A DNA stretch of 60,426 nt from Octopus bimaculoides (Eukaryota): NCBI RefSeq assembly GCF_001194135.2, contig NC_069001.1:31670206-31730631 (forward strand), read 5' to 3'. Of this stretch, positions 1 through 12,530 are shown one piece after another. How positions within the stretch are numbered: position 1 is the first letter of the stretch; each line of letters starts with the position of its first letter. The notes beneath the pieces were generated by a model. That model saw nothing but the letters and a program-made list of their open reading frames with translations. It was not told the DNA's origin and did not search any database. A program made the position numbers and the translations under genes.

Positions 1-59
<59 letters not shown>

Positions 60-452
60 TACATGTAGGTGTGTGTGTGTGCATGTGTGTGTATGCAAAA
101 TTGAACAAAACAGAGTCATCAAGAAAGAATATGGTTAGACCATTATTTAATAAACTCTACACATGTTTCGATATAACTAGATATCATTATACGGATAAAC
201 CGTTGCTTAATCTAAATCTTGTGTATATGTGGATCTATGTTGTATCAAAACATGTGTAGTGTTTATTAAGAAGCTGTCTAACTGTACTCCTTCTTGTTGA
301 CTCTATTTCATTCAATTTTACTTTCACACCTGATCAATGGCTCATCCTAGACTTGGAGCTATAAAGTAATACTACCAGCTATATTTGGTAATTCTAAGTT
401 TGAACGACCTCCATTTTGTACTCTACTACATTCCTAACAGAACACACCTTAA

Positions 453-575
<123 letters not shown>

Positions 576-1739
576 AATCTATTTCTTATTGTGGTTTTTT
601 TCATTTCTCCCTTTATGCTCCTCTTCCTCCCTCTCTTATCTTTCCTTTCTTCCTCTCTCTCCCTCTCTCTTTTTCTCTCTCTCTCTCTCTTTCTTTTTGC
701 CTGGCTTCTTTCTTTCTTTCTTTCCTCTTCTTTTTTCTGAATTCTAAGCAAACAATAGAGGCAGATATTTTCTTTTGAAATATTGGTTATTGTTATTATT
801 ATTATTATTATTCAGTAGTTTTATTTTTATAACGTGCTTTCACTTCACTACCGANNNNNNNNNNNNNNNNNNNNNNNNNNNNNNNNNNNNNNNNNNNNNN
901 NNNNNNNNNNNNNNNNNNNNNNNNNNNNNNNNNNNNNNNNNNNNNNNNNNNNNNNNNNNNNNNNNNNNNNNNNNNNNNNNNNNNNNNNNNNNNNNNNNNN
1001 NNNNNNNNNNNNNNNNNNNNNNNNNNNNNNNNNNNNNNNNNNNNNNNNNNNNNNNNNNNNNNNNNNNNNNNNNNNNNNNNNNNNNNNNNNNNNNNNNNNN
1101 NNNNNNNNNNNNNNNNNNNNNNNNNNNNNNNNNNNNNNNNNNNNNNNNNNNNNNNNNNNNNNNNNNNNNNNNNNNNNNNNNNNNNNNNNNNNNNNNNNNN
1201 NNNNNNNNNNNNNNNNNNNNNNNNNNNNNNNNNNNNNNNNNNNNNNNNNNNNNNNNNNNNNNNNNNNNNNNNNNNNNNNNNNNNNNNNNNNNNNNNNNNN
1301 NNNNNNNNNNNNNNNNNNNNNNNNNNNNNNNNNNNNNNNNNNNNNNNNNNNNNNNNNNNNNNNNNNNNNNNNNNNNNNNNNNNNNNNNNNNNNNNNNNNN
1401 NNNNNNNNAGATAAGGAAACTTTGAAAGAAGAAAAGACAAACAGAAAGCAAAGTAACACAAAGGAAACTTTTCTTTCTTTTTTTTTTTTGAAAGCAAAAT
1501 AAGAAAAAAAAAGCTGGGGGAAGAAAAATGAAATTAATTTAAAACAAAACCTAAACCGCAACCCACCATGACCACCACTTCCAATAACAACAACAACAAC
1601 AACAGCTATTATCATTACGAAACACATTCAAACTTAACTACAATAGAAAATTAATTTAAATATTTTTATAAAATGCCCAGGGCTTCCAATGTTAACCATT
1701 TTAACAAACCATCCAACAAACAACCCAATCTCTTTTATA

Positions 1740-1785
1740 CACAAACACACATTACATATACACACACATATATATACGCATATAA

Positions 1786-1834
<49 letters not shown>

Positions 1835-2097
1835 CACACATATATACATACAAGCATACCCACATACTCACAGCTGGACACCAATTAACTTGCTTGAATA
1901 TCTTTACAAAATGTTTAGTTTTGATTCTATAAATACACACCACACCCACCACACCCACACATTACACACACACACACACATATACACACACGACATATAT
2001 ATACACATATATATACATATATACACATACACACATATATATATATGTATACACACACACACACATATATATATATACATGTATACACACACATTTA

Positions 2098-2161
<64 letters not shown>

Positions 2162-2367
2162 CATAGACACACACACAAAGTACACAAACACACACATACA
2201 TCACAGAATACACACACAATGCATGTTCCATACAAACTACACATACACACTGCACTTACTCCACACAACACTAAACAATATACACACGCATACATTGACA
2301 TGTGTAAATGCACTACATACACCAAGCACACATGGCATACAATAAACCATATACATCTGTCATACAC

Positions 2368-2407
<40 letters not shown>

Positions 2408-2410
2408 TGC
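1740..2410. repeat. Compound (CA)n/(TA)n microsatellite field (similar fields at ~463-572, 6540-7040, 14458-14650, 18820-19100, 20800-21210, 28540-28780)
   Basis: Direct inspection. Confidence 0.95.
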
Positions 2411-2456
2411 ACACTCAAGTAGGAGAGCTTCGATACAGCTACCAAATTCTATTGCA

Positions 2457-2778
2457 AAGGCACGTGGCTTAGTGGTTAGGGTATTCGGCTCAGGATCGTA
2501 AGGACGTGAGTTCAATTCCTGGCCGTGCATTCTGTCCTTGAGCAACACATCTTATTTCATGTTGCTCCAGTCCAGTCGGCTGGTAACTATGGGTCGTAGC
2601 TATAATTCAAAGGACCAGCCTTGTTGCATTCTGTGTCATGCTGAATCTCCCTGAGAACTACGTTATGGTTACGTGTGTCTGTGGAGTGCTCAGCCACTTG
2701 CACATCAATTCCACAAGGAGGCTGTTCCATTGATCGAATCAAGTGGAACACTTGTAGTCATAACCAACAGAGTCCCAG
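2457..2778 (+). mobile_element. tRNA-headed SINE family B
   Basis: A/B boxes, then body gctgaatctccctgagaact...gtggagtgctcagccacttgcac shared with 33631-33947. Confidence 0.85.
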
Positions 2779-4039
2779 TTTAAATTCTGTTCCTGCATTA
2801 TATCAGCCAAATCTCACTCAATAAACTGCCAAGTGGGTTTAAGAAGTTAAGGTCCACAAAGAGGGCCCACAAAGGCCTGAGTAAATACTCAGAAAAATGG
2901 CTACTGATAGTTTCAGTGGGGACATGATACTTCAGCACATTATACAATGCTTCTGAGTTACTGTTTCCTCGGCAAGAAACCATTATTCTTTTACTTGTTT
3001 CAGTCATTTGACTGCGGCCATGCTGGAGCACTGCCTTTAGTTGATCAAATCGACCGCAGGACTTATTTTTTGGAAGCCTAGTATTTATTCTATCAGTCTC
3101 TTTTTACCAAACCACTAGGTTATGGTGATGTAAACACACCAGCATCGGCAATGTCATTTTGATGGCATGCACTGCTCTCTCACTCAATAATAATAATAAT
3201 AATAATGATGATGATGATGATTTAAAATTTNNNNNNNNNNNNNNNNNNNNNNNNNNNNNNNNNNNNNNNNNNNNNNNNNNNNNNNNNNNNNNNNNNNNNN
3301 NNNNNNNNNNNNNNNNNNNNNNNNNNNNNNNNNNNNNNNNNNNNNNNNNNNNNNNNNNNNNNNNNNNNNNNNNNNNNNNNNNNNNNNNNNNNNNNNNNNN
3401 NNNNNNNNNNNNNNNNNNNNNNNNNNNNNNNNNNNNNNNNNNNNNNNNNNNNNNNNNNNNNNNNNNNNNNNNNNNNNNNNNNNNNNNNNNNNNNNNNNNN
3501 NNNNNNNNNNNNNNNNNNNNNNNNNNNNNNNNNNNNNNNNNNNNNNNNNNNNNNNNNNNNNNNNNNNNNNNNNNNNNNNNNNNNNNNNNNNNNNNNNNNN
3601 NNNNNNNNNNNNNNNNNNNNNNNNNNNNNNNNNNNNNNNNNNNNNNNNNNNNNNNNNNNNNNNNNNNNNNNNNNNNNNNNNNNNNNNNNNNNNNNNNNNN
3701 NNNNNNNNNNNNNNNNNNNNNNNNNNNNNNNNNNNNNNNNNNNNNNNNNNNNNNNNNNNNNNNNNNNNNNNNNNNNNNNNNNNNNNNNNNNNNNNNNNNN
3801 NNNNNNNNNNNAAAACTAAAAATTGAAACATAAAACATCAAGTCAACTCGTACGAACTCCAGTTAAAAAGTTAAAAAAGAAACGGATGCAAAAATGTAAT
3901 ATGTTTCTTTTTTTTCCCCCTCTTAGTTTCTTTTTGTCTGTTTTTTTTTTTTTGTTAGGCATTCATCTATATTGAAATAGAGACGATGTGGCAGTGGTAG
4001 GGTAGGGGAGAAGTGGAGACGAGGAGGCTGGTGGGAGAG

Positions 4040-4260
4040 GGTGGAGGAGAAGAAGGATTGGGATGGCAAACAGAAAAGAAGTTTTCCGAGTTAATTGGAT
4101 GTGCTTCGAGTGCATAAGGGGCAGCGAAGTATGAAGGAAACGAAACCCAGCGGGCATGAGTTGTATTACTCCCATAATTCAGTTGGAAATGAACAGCGAC
4201 GGGGCCAGTCAGTTGTGAATTGGTTACAGTCAGGTGATGTAGTAGAGTTCATGGAAGTGG
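4040..4260 (-). mobile_element. Possible Penelope-like GIY-YIG C-terminal relic
   Basis: HHLTVTNSQLTGPVAVHFQ...LEAHPINS...HPN resembles the PVAxHF...E..I...PxGLN layout. The match is weak. Confidence 0.3.
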
Positions 4261-4373
4261 GGGGATGGGAGACATTTTCTTTTAAAAACAAGAAAAAATG
4301 AAATTCAAGACAATCAGTTTGTAACTTAACGGAAAACAAAATAATACACATACACAGGTGTATATATGATATG

Positions 4374-4413
<40 letters not shown>

Positions 4414-5296
4414 NNNNNNNNNNNNNNNNNNNNNNNNNNNNNNNNNNNNNNNNNNNNNNNNNNNNNNNNNNNNNNNNNNNNNNNNNNNNNNNNNNNNNNN
4501 NNNNNNNNNNNNNNNNNNNNNNNNNNNNNNNNNNNNNNNNNNNNNNNNNNNNNNNNNNNNNNNNNNNNNNNNNNNNNNNNNNNNNNNNNNNNNNNNNNNN
4601 NNNNNNNNNNNNNNNNNNNNNNNNNNNNNNNNNNNNNNNNNNNNNNNNNNNNNNNNNNNNNNNNNNNNNNNNNNNNNNNNNNNNNNNNNNNNNNNNNNNN
4701 NNNNNNNNNNNNNNNNNNNNNNNNNNNNNNNNNNNNNNNNNNNNNNNNNNNNNNNNNNNNNNNNNNNNNNNNNNNNNNNNNNNNNNNNNNNNNNNNNNNN
4801 NNNNNNNNNNNNNNNNNNNNNNNNNNNNNNNNNNNNNNNNNNNNNNNNNNNNNNNNNNNNNNNNNNNNNNNNNNNNNNNNNNNNNNNNNNNNNNNNNNNN
4901 NNNNNNNNNNNNNNNNNNNNNNNNNNNNNNNNNNNNNNNNNNNNNNNNNNNNNNNNNNNNNNNNNNNNNNNNNNNNNNNNNNNNNNNNNNNNNNNNNNNN
5001 NNNNNNNNNNNNNNNNNNNNNNNNNNNNNNNNNNNNNNNNNNNNNNNNNNNNNNNNNNNNNNNNNNNNNNNNNNNNNNNNNNNNNNNNNNNNNNNNNNNN
5101 NNNNNNNNNNNNNNNNNNNNNNNNNNNNNNNNNNNNNNNNNNNNNNNNNNNNNNNNNNNNNNNNNNNNNNNNNNNNNNNNNNNNNNNNNNNNNNNNNNNN
5201 NNNNNNNNNNNNNNNNNNNNNNNNNNNNNNNNNNNNNNNNNNNNNNNNNNNNNNNNNNNNNNNNNNNNNNNNNNNNNNNNNNNNNNNNNNNNNNNN

Positions 5297-5334
<38 letters not shown>

Positions 5335-5711
5335 TCAAGCATGATTGCAGCCACAGTTGCATATAAAATCATTCAAAGACAAACATATTTAGAAACACAC
5401 ATGCACATATCTGCACACACATACATATTCAAACACACAGACACACATACAAACATAAACATAGCAGCCATAGCCCCCCCACACACACACACACACAAAC
5501 ACACACATACACATACACATACATGATGGCTGTCTACTGATTTGATGAGCATCACCATTGCCGACAAAGTGTCAGCAATATCCATGCAAGTGTTTTGAGT
5601 TGAGTGCAGTTGTCCCAACAGTGCAATGAGTGTAACTCAAGCAATACCAAGAAGTCCAAGAAACAAGCAGAGTGCAAGACATCTGACTCGGTAGAGCCAC
5701 AGGTTTTATAT

Positions 5712-5971
5712 ACCAAGACACTTTACTTCACGTTGCTCCAGTTCACTCAGCTGTAGAAATGGGTTGCGACGTCACTGGTGCCAAGCTGTATCGGCCCCTT
5801 TGCCTTTCCCTTGGATAACATCAGTGGTGCGGAGAGGAGGAGGAAGAGAGGCTGGTATGCATGGGTGACTGCTGGTCTTCCATAAACAACCTTGCTTGGA
5901 CTTGTGCCTCAGAGGGGAACTTTCTAGGTGCAATCCCATGGTCAGTCATGACTGAAGGGGGTCTTTACCCT
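5712..5971 (+). mobile_element. SINE family A, 5'-truncated
   Basis: Body matches 21800-22043. Confidence 0.8.
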
Positions 5972-6208
5972 GGCCTTCTCTTAGAGAGATGCCTTGACAA
6001 AGACCTGGGGTCCCTCAATCCGAATGGGCTTACAGCAACATCAGACACCAACCTAAGTATTTCTACATCCCCGTGCATGCACACACACCTGTGTGTGTGT
6101 GTGTGTGCGTGTGTGCGTGTACATGTGTGTGTGTCTGTGTGTGTGTATACAGTAGCTGCTTTCTCCTAACTGAGCAAAGCCATTGCTAGAGAGAATCATT
6201 GAAATGCG

Positions 6209-6440
6209 TCATTGATGATGCAATGTGAGGCCCCTGTATGACTCTAGCGCCCTGGCCAAAGTTTTGCACATTCTATGGCATAATGCACAGCTGTGCTGGC
6301 TGGCAGGAGGAACAGGTGCCACAGAATGAACCCTTCTGACTGGCCTTTTCAATCCTCCAACTGAAAGGCACACCTTTTCACAGGTCGCGCATGTCCTGCT
6401 GTGAACAACAGCTGTATCACTATTTCTACATACTCACACA
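6209..6440 (-). mobile_element. Decayed tandem C2H2-like fingers, most like the C-terminus of an RTE-type LINE
   Basis: RTCATCEKVCLSVGGLKRPVRRVH...HSCALCHRMCKTLARALESYRGLTLHHQ*. CxxCx(K/R)xCxSxxGL pattern with a lost His ligand, no splice sites seen. Confidence 0.5.
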
Positions 6441-6979
6441 TAAGGAAGCACATAAATTCAAAACAGGGTAGAGAAAAATAGTACTCGACTACCAAAGGTA
6501 GAGTAACATGCTTTTATTAAAGCTGCAAAATTTCCACAAACACACACACATACACATATACACATGCATACACACACACAGAGAGTTCAAAATACAAATT
6601 TGTGTATTCACTTGAGACACACACACATATAAATATCAGCCAAAATACACACACACAGATGCACATACATTCACAAATGTGTATGGAATTGCAGTTACGA
6701 TACAAATGCACAAACATATGCAACACACATGTACAAACGCACACACACATACATACATACATGATCACATGTACATACTTATATGCACAAATATATAGAT
6801 AAAGGCACACATATAAAGATGTGCACATGAACACACACACATACATATTATAACATGAATACACATACATATAGAGAAATACTGACACAAACATGTGCAC
6901 AGAAATTCACACACATACATAATCTCATGTACACATACAAGTAACAGATACATTCCAAAAACACGCGTGCATACACACA

Positions 6980-7039
<60 letters not shown>

Positions 7040-7043
7040 GAGA

Positions 7044-7368
7044 GTGTCTCATAAGTCTGCCAGAATTTTAGATATTAAACATGCTCAAATGCTGAATTTC
7101 ATACAGGTCACCAGATACTTTTGCTTGGCTGAGAGAAACAATGTGTCTCATAAGTCAGTCTGGATTTCAGATACTCAACATGTTGAAATCCAGCTTTACA
7201 TACGGGACACCAAATACTGCGCTTTTTGGTTGAGAGAGCCAGGCGTCCCAAAAGTCTCTCAGAATCTCACATATTAAACATGTTCAAATGCTGCTTTAAA
7301 TATGGGTCACTATATTCTGCTGTTTGGTTTATAAAAACAATGTGTTTTATTCGATATTAGATAATTTA
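7044..7368. repeat. Diverged tandem repeat, 99-100-bp unit, about 3.2 copies
   Basis: Units start at 7044, 7143, 7243 and 7342 (gtgtctcataagtc...). Confidence 0.85.
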
Positions 7369-7464
7369 CTACGCATGATCTAAGGGAGGTAACTCAAGTG
7401 GGTGATCAATGGCATGAATTCCAAAAATTCAGATAGGTGGTCATGTACTAAATGATGGATATAT

Positions 7465-7845
7465 TCTTTTACTTGTTTCAGGCATTAGACTGCGGCCATG
7501 CTGGGGCACCGCCCTGAGGAAGTTTTAATCAAATGAATCAACTCCAGTAATTGTTTTTGATTTGTTTTTAAAGCTGGTACTTACACTATCAATGTACCTA
7601 ACTGAACTGCTAAGTCATGGAGATGTAAACACACCAACACTGGTTGTCAAGCAGTGGTTGGGGACAAACACACACACATATATATACAGACACACACATA
7701 TACACACAATGGCTTTCTTTCAGTTTCTGTCTATTGAATCCACTTACAAGGCTTTGGTCAGCCTGAGGCTATAGCAGAAGACACTGGACACGCAGTAGGA
7801 TTGAACCTGGGGCCAAACAGTTGAGAAGCAACCTTCTTATCGCAC
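7465..7845 (-). mobile_element. SINE family E
   Basis: ttttacttgtttcag..gactgcggccatgctg tail, internal CA/TA tract, head with a B-box-like motif. Confidence 0.8.
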
Positions 7846-8056
7846 ATATAACAAAAACAGAAATAAGAATAAAAATCAATGATGTGAAATGTGCCTCTTA
7901 GTTGGAGAAGGAAAACAAAAACCTAATGGCAATTGTCAGGAACTCTCAGAAAAAGTACTTTATTCTTGTATTCTTTTACATGTTTCGGCCCTAAGTTTGT
8001 GGCCATGCTAGGGCACTGCCAGTGAAAAATCTACTTAGCAGAGCATGGTTTATATA

Positions 8057-8094
<38 letters not shown>

Positions 8095-8188
8095 GAGAAT
8101 GTACGAAAAACAACAACAACAGACGAGGACAAGTGGTGTAAAAAACAACAAAAGGATGTATTAGTTTAACGCTCGGGAATACGGAAAG

Positions 8189-8225
8189 TCCTTAATGTTT
8201 CGAGCTATGCTCTTCAACAGAAAGA
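8189..8225 (-). ncRNA. Degenerate minimal type-I hammerhead-like motif within a dispersed repeat end
   Basis: UCUUU-CUGUUGA-A-GAGC(AUA)GCUC-GAAAC-AUU-AAGGA. Stem I (UCUUU/AAGGA) and stem II pair, but the core has A6 to U. Confidence 0.45.
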
Positions 8226-8700
8226 ATATGGAGAAAAACAAGGAGAAAAACACTGAGAAAAAAAATGAATAGTCACTGGTCANNNNNNNNNNNNNNNNNN
8301 NNNNNNNNNNNNNNNNNNNNNNNNNNNNNNNNNNNNNNNNNNNNNNNNNNNNNNNNNNNNNNNNNNNNNNNNNNNNNNNNNNNNNNNNNNNNNNNNNNNN
8401 NNNNNNNNNNNNNNNNNNNNNNNNNNNNNNNNNNNNNNNNNNNNNNNNNNNNNNNNNNNNNNNNNNNNNNNNNNNNNNNNNNNNNNNNNNNNNNNNNNNN
8501 NNNNNNNNNNNNNNNNNNNNNNNNNNNNNNNNNNNNNNNNNNNNNNNNNNNNNNNNNNNNNNNNNNNNNNNNNNNNNNNNNNNNNNNNNNNNNNNNNNNN
8601 NNNNNNNNNNNNNNNNNNNNNNNNNNNNNNNNNNNNNNNNNNNNNNNNNNNNNNNNNNNNNNNNNNNNNNNNNNNNNNNNNNNNNNNNNNNNNNNNNNNN

Positions 8701-8740
<40 letters not shown>

Positions 8741-8954
8741 AAGCACATAAATGCAAAACAAGGTGGAAAAAATAGTACTTGAATACCAAAGGCAGAGTAT
8801 TGTTCTTTTAATAGAAGTATACACACACACACACACACACACACTTATATACATGCATAGATAGACACAATCACACATATTCATACACTTACATAGACAC
8901 ATGAATTTTCCTGATGACAAAAAAAATCGAGTAGAAACTAAGTATGTGGTATAC

Positions 8955-8996
<42 letters not shown>

Positions 8997-9116
8997 CAGC
9001 AGCATGGAAAGGAAGGTGCTTACAGTTAAGATGGATTTTTAGTTTCATTTTGAAGAATTGTCTTATTGATTTTTACCAGATACTAATAGTTCTATACAAG
9101 TTTAGTTGGTTCTTCA

Positions 9117-9167
<51 letters not shown>

Positions 9168-9890
9168 GATTGTCGTTTTTGTTGTTGCTGTAGTTTGTCT
9201 CCTTGATTTTACTGGCTAGTTTAAAGGAAACGAAGTTTGGGGGGTTTTTTTATCAGAGTTTGCGTTAAATAAGTCTTAGATTGCTGCTGATAACAACTGC
9301 AAGTACTTACAATGGTGAATTTGGGGGGTTTNNNNNNNNNNNNNNNNNNNNNNNNNNNNNNNNNNNNNNNNNNNNNNNNNNNNNNNNNNNNNNNNNNNNN
9401 NNNNNNNNNNNNNNNNNNNNNNNNNNNNNNNNNNNNNNNNNNNNNNNNNNNNNNNNNNNNNNNNNNNNNNNNNNNNNNNNNNNNNNNNNNNNNNNNNNNN
9501 NNNNNNNNNNNNNNNNNNNNNNNNNNNNNNNNNNNNNNNNNNNNNNNNNNNNNNNNNNNNNNNNNNNNNNNNNNNNNNNNNNNNNNNNNNNNNNNNNNNN
9601 NNNNNNNNNNNNNNNNNNNNNNNNNNNNNNNNNNNNNNNNNNNNNNNNNNNNNNNNNNNNNNNNNNNNNNNNNNNNNNNNNNNNNNNNNNNNNNNNNNNN
9701 NNNNNNNNNNNNNNNNNNNNNNNNNNNNNNNNNNNNNNNNNNNNNNNNNNNNNNNNNNNNNNNNNNNNNNNNNNNNNNNNNNNNNNNNNNNNNNNNNNNN
9801 NNNNNNNNNNNNNNNNNNNNNNNNNNNNNNNNNNNNNNNNNNNNNNNNNNNNNNNNNNNNNNNNNNNNNNNNNNNNTTATTATTATTATT

Positions 9891-10338
9891 AAGGCAATAA
9901 GCTGGTAGAATTGTTAGCACGCCGGGCAGTATGTCTAGCGGTATTTCGCCCATCATTATATTCTGGGTTCAAATTCCACCAAGATAAACTTTGCCTTTCA
10001 TTCTTTTGGGGTTGATAAATTAAGTACCAGTTGCATACCGGGGTTGATCTAATTGACTGGCCCCTGCCCAAAAAATTTCGGGCCTTGTGCCTAGAGTAGA
10101 AAAGATTATTATTATTACTATTACTATTAAGGCGGTGAGCTGGCAGAATCATTAGCACGCAAGGCAATATGCTTAGGGGCATTTCATCCATCATTACATT
10201 CTGAGTTCAAATTCTGCCATAGTCGACTTTGCTTTTTCTTCTTTCAGGATCAGTAAATTAAGTACCAGGGAAATTCTGGGGCCGGTGTAATTGACTAGTC
10301 CCCTGCCCACAAATTTCAGGACTTGTGTCTGTAGTAGA

Positions 10339-10345
<7 letters not shown>
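9891..10345 (+). mobile_element. Two tandem SINE family D copies separated and flanked by (ATT)n
   Basis: Copies ~9891-10105 and ~10128-10342 match the 50313 copy. Confidence 0.85.
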
Positions 10346-10380
<35 letters not shown>

Positions 10381-11056
10381 TATTATTAAATCACATGGCC
10401 TAGTGGCTAGGTAAGGTGTTGCACTCACGATCATGAGATTGTGATTTCAATTCCTAGACCAAGAGGTGTGTTGTGTTCTTATATTTCGTGCCACCTATTT
10501 TGAGATGTGACAATTTTTTGAATGGAAAGGGCACCTTTTGATGTCCCAGTAACATACTCTCTCTCTCTCTGCTCATATCCCTACCTTTTACTTTCCTGAC
10601 AGGCTGATGCCCTTCATCCAACACATCATTACTCACTTCACTGATTTATTTATCTCCTCCAGTTTCCACCCACCTCCCACATTTATTCCCAGAAGACTTA
10701 AAAATTATGCAGCAGCAAACATCATACACACATTTCATATTTTCTTTTCTTAAAAGTAAACAATAAAATAAAAATTGACATGTTCCCCTCTGAATAAAAT
10801 CTACAAAAATTGAATTACTCCAACATAACTTAACAATATTATTTACCAGAAAAAATAAACAATTATAAAAGACTGCAGGTGGTATTTTTCGGTAAAAGAG
10901 AAAATGTTTAGCATAGAATAAATAATTTTATTTTGTATTTTTTCTAAAGAATAATGACAACAATACATAGAAAAAACAAGTTAATACTCAAATATATCAA
11001 TATCTGGTTTCTTTACTAATGCAAGAACAAAAAGACAAAGAACAATTTCTTGTTTC

Positions 11057-11098
<42 letters not shown>

Positions 11099-11439
11099 TT
11101 TTGCTTGAGTGTCTTCCAGTATACAAACATCACTTGAGTCTGAATCAACATTCCTGGACATCGCAGTAAAATGCCAGTGAATGACAAAATAACACAGGCA
11201 CAAAAGAAATTGAAAAACCAAAGGTTAATAATATGTACACATAGTTGCACACTGCACATGATCATGTGTTTAAGAAGCCTAACTTGAAATCCCATGTTTC
11301 CAGGTATGCCCCCCCCCCAGTCTTGGCACCGTGGCAAAATGCCTTCAACCTTAACCTCTTATTGTAGAGGCTTTGTGAGTGAAGCTTATCTTCATCAAGC
11401 AATGGTTGTTACTGTCTCGAGTGCTAGGACTAACAGGAC

Positions 11440-11662
11440 CGGTAACCCAGTTTCCATCACATAAAAGTGACTCAAACCATAGCATTCCCCCTGAACAAGA
11501 TGCCAATCCATTGCAGGAGTTACTCACTCACAGCTGAGTGAACTGGAATAATGTGAAATAAAGTGTTTTTCTAAAGAACACAATGCACTGCCTGGTCCAG
11601 GAATTGAAACCATGATCTTTAGACCATGAGTGCAACACCCTAACCACTAAGCTACATGCTTA
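11440..11662 (-). mobile_element. SINE family C, older copy
   Basis: Similar to 37540-37791. Confidence 0.7.
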
Positions 11663-11984
11663 GTGAATGATGAGCACAGCTCCAGTGTCCCCACTGTCTG
11701 ATGGCGCTTGGTCTCCCAGCGGAGCATTTGTAAAATTTACAAGCTGGATATTTGAGCCTCAGACAGATGCATTACTTTGCCTGCTAGAATGTTAAGATGT
11801 TGGGCAGCCTCAGCTGCAGGTGTCTGTCAGATGTGGTCAACATTCATGACGGACGTGGTGAACTCATTGTTCAGAGCCAGCTCAACCCATTCCAGATGAA
11901 TGCCACCCCAAAAACAAGTAACTAGAAATATGCCTGGTGAATGAAGCTGGAGATGTGGAAACACTGCAGAAGACCATCAGATGG

Positions 11985-12207
11985 CCAGTACATGTTCTTG
12001 CCACCAGTGTTATCCGAGGGAAAGGCAAAGGCCAATACATCTTGGCACCTGTGACGTCGCATCTCATTTCTCTAGCTGAGTGAAGTGGAGCAACGTGAAA
12101 TGCAGTGTCTTGCTCAAGAACACAACACGCAGCCCGGTCTGGGAATTGAACTCACAACCCCACGATTGTAAGTTCAATGCTCTAACCACTGAGCCATGCG
12201 CCTTCAC
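11985..12207 (-). mobile_element. SINE family A, 5' two-thirds
   Basis: tRNA head plus body up to ggataacactggtggc. Confidence 0.8.
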
Positions 12208-12271
12208 AATAACTTTCAGTCTTTGACAGACAGGTTAGGCATGTAAAAGTGCAGGTTGTTAAACTGAGAGC

Positions 12272-12530
12272 ATCCTTCCAAGATCACAGATTTTGCAATT
12301 CCTTACAATAGCAGAGTCAATAGCAAAGGAAATGAAAAAAAATGATAAATATCCAGCTGGAGAGCAGAGGAGACTGGATGAAAACCAAGACAACAATTAT
12401 ACTTGTAGTATTTGGTGCACTTGGCACAACATCCAAATTGCTATCTAAAAGACTGAAAGAGGTTGGAAGTGAAACTTGTATTGTCAACCTGCAGAAAAGT
12501 ACCATAAGTATATTCTGCAACCATCCTACG
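12272..12530 (+). mobile_element. Relic of the C-terminal restriction-like endonuclease of an R4/Dong-type non-LTR retrotransposon
   Basis: Across frameshifts: ITDFAIPYNSRVNSKGNEK..NDKY..W-MKTKTTIILVVFGALGTTSK..LKEVG....NLQKS, matching the DxAxP..KxxKY..W..VVxGALG..LQK layout of RLE domains. Confidence 0.7.

Noticed and set aside
10997-11153. Terminal exon NVDSDSSDVCILEDTQAKSKKKK..
   Set aside because: Phase fits after 23466 (TG|G), but the Lys run is a ~30-nt poly(A/T) tract, two frames are open and the acceptor is mediocre.
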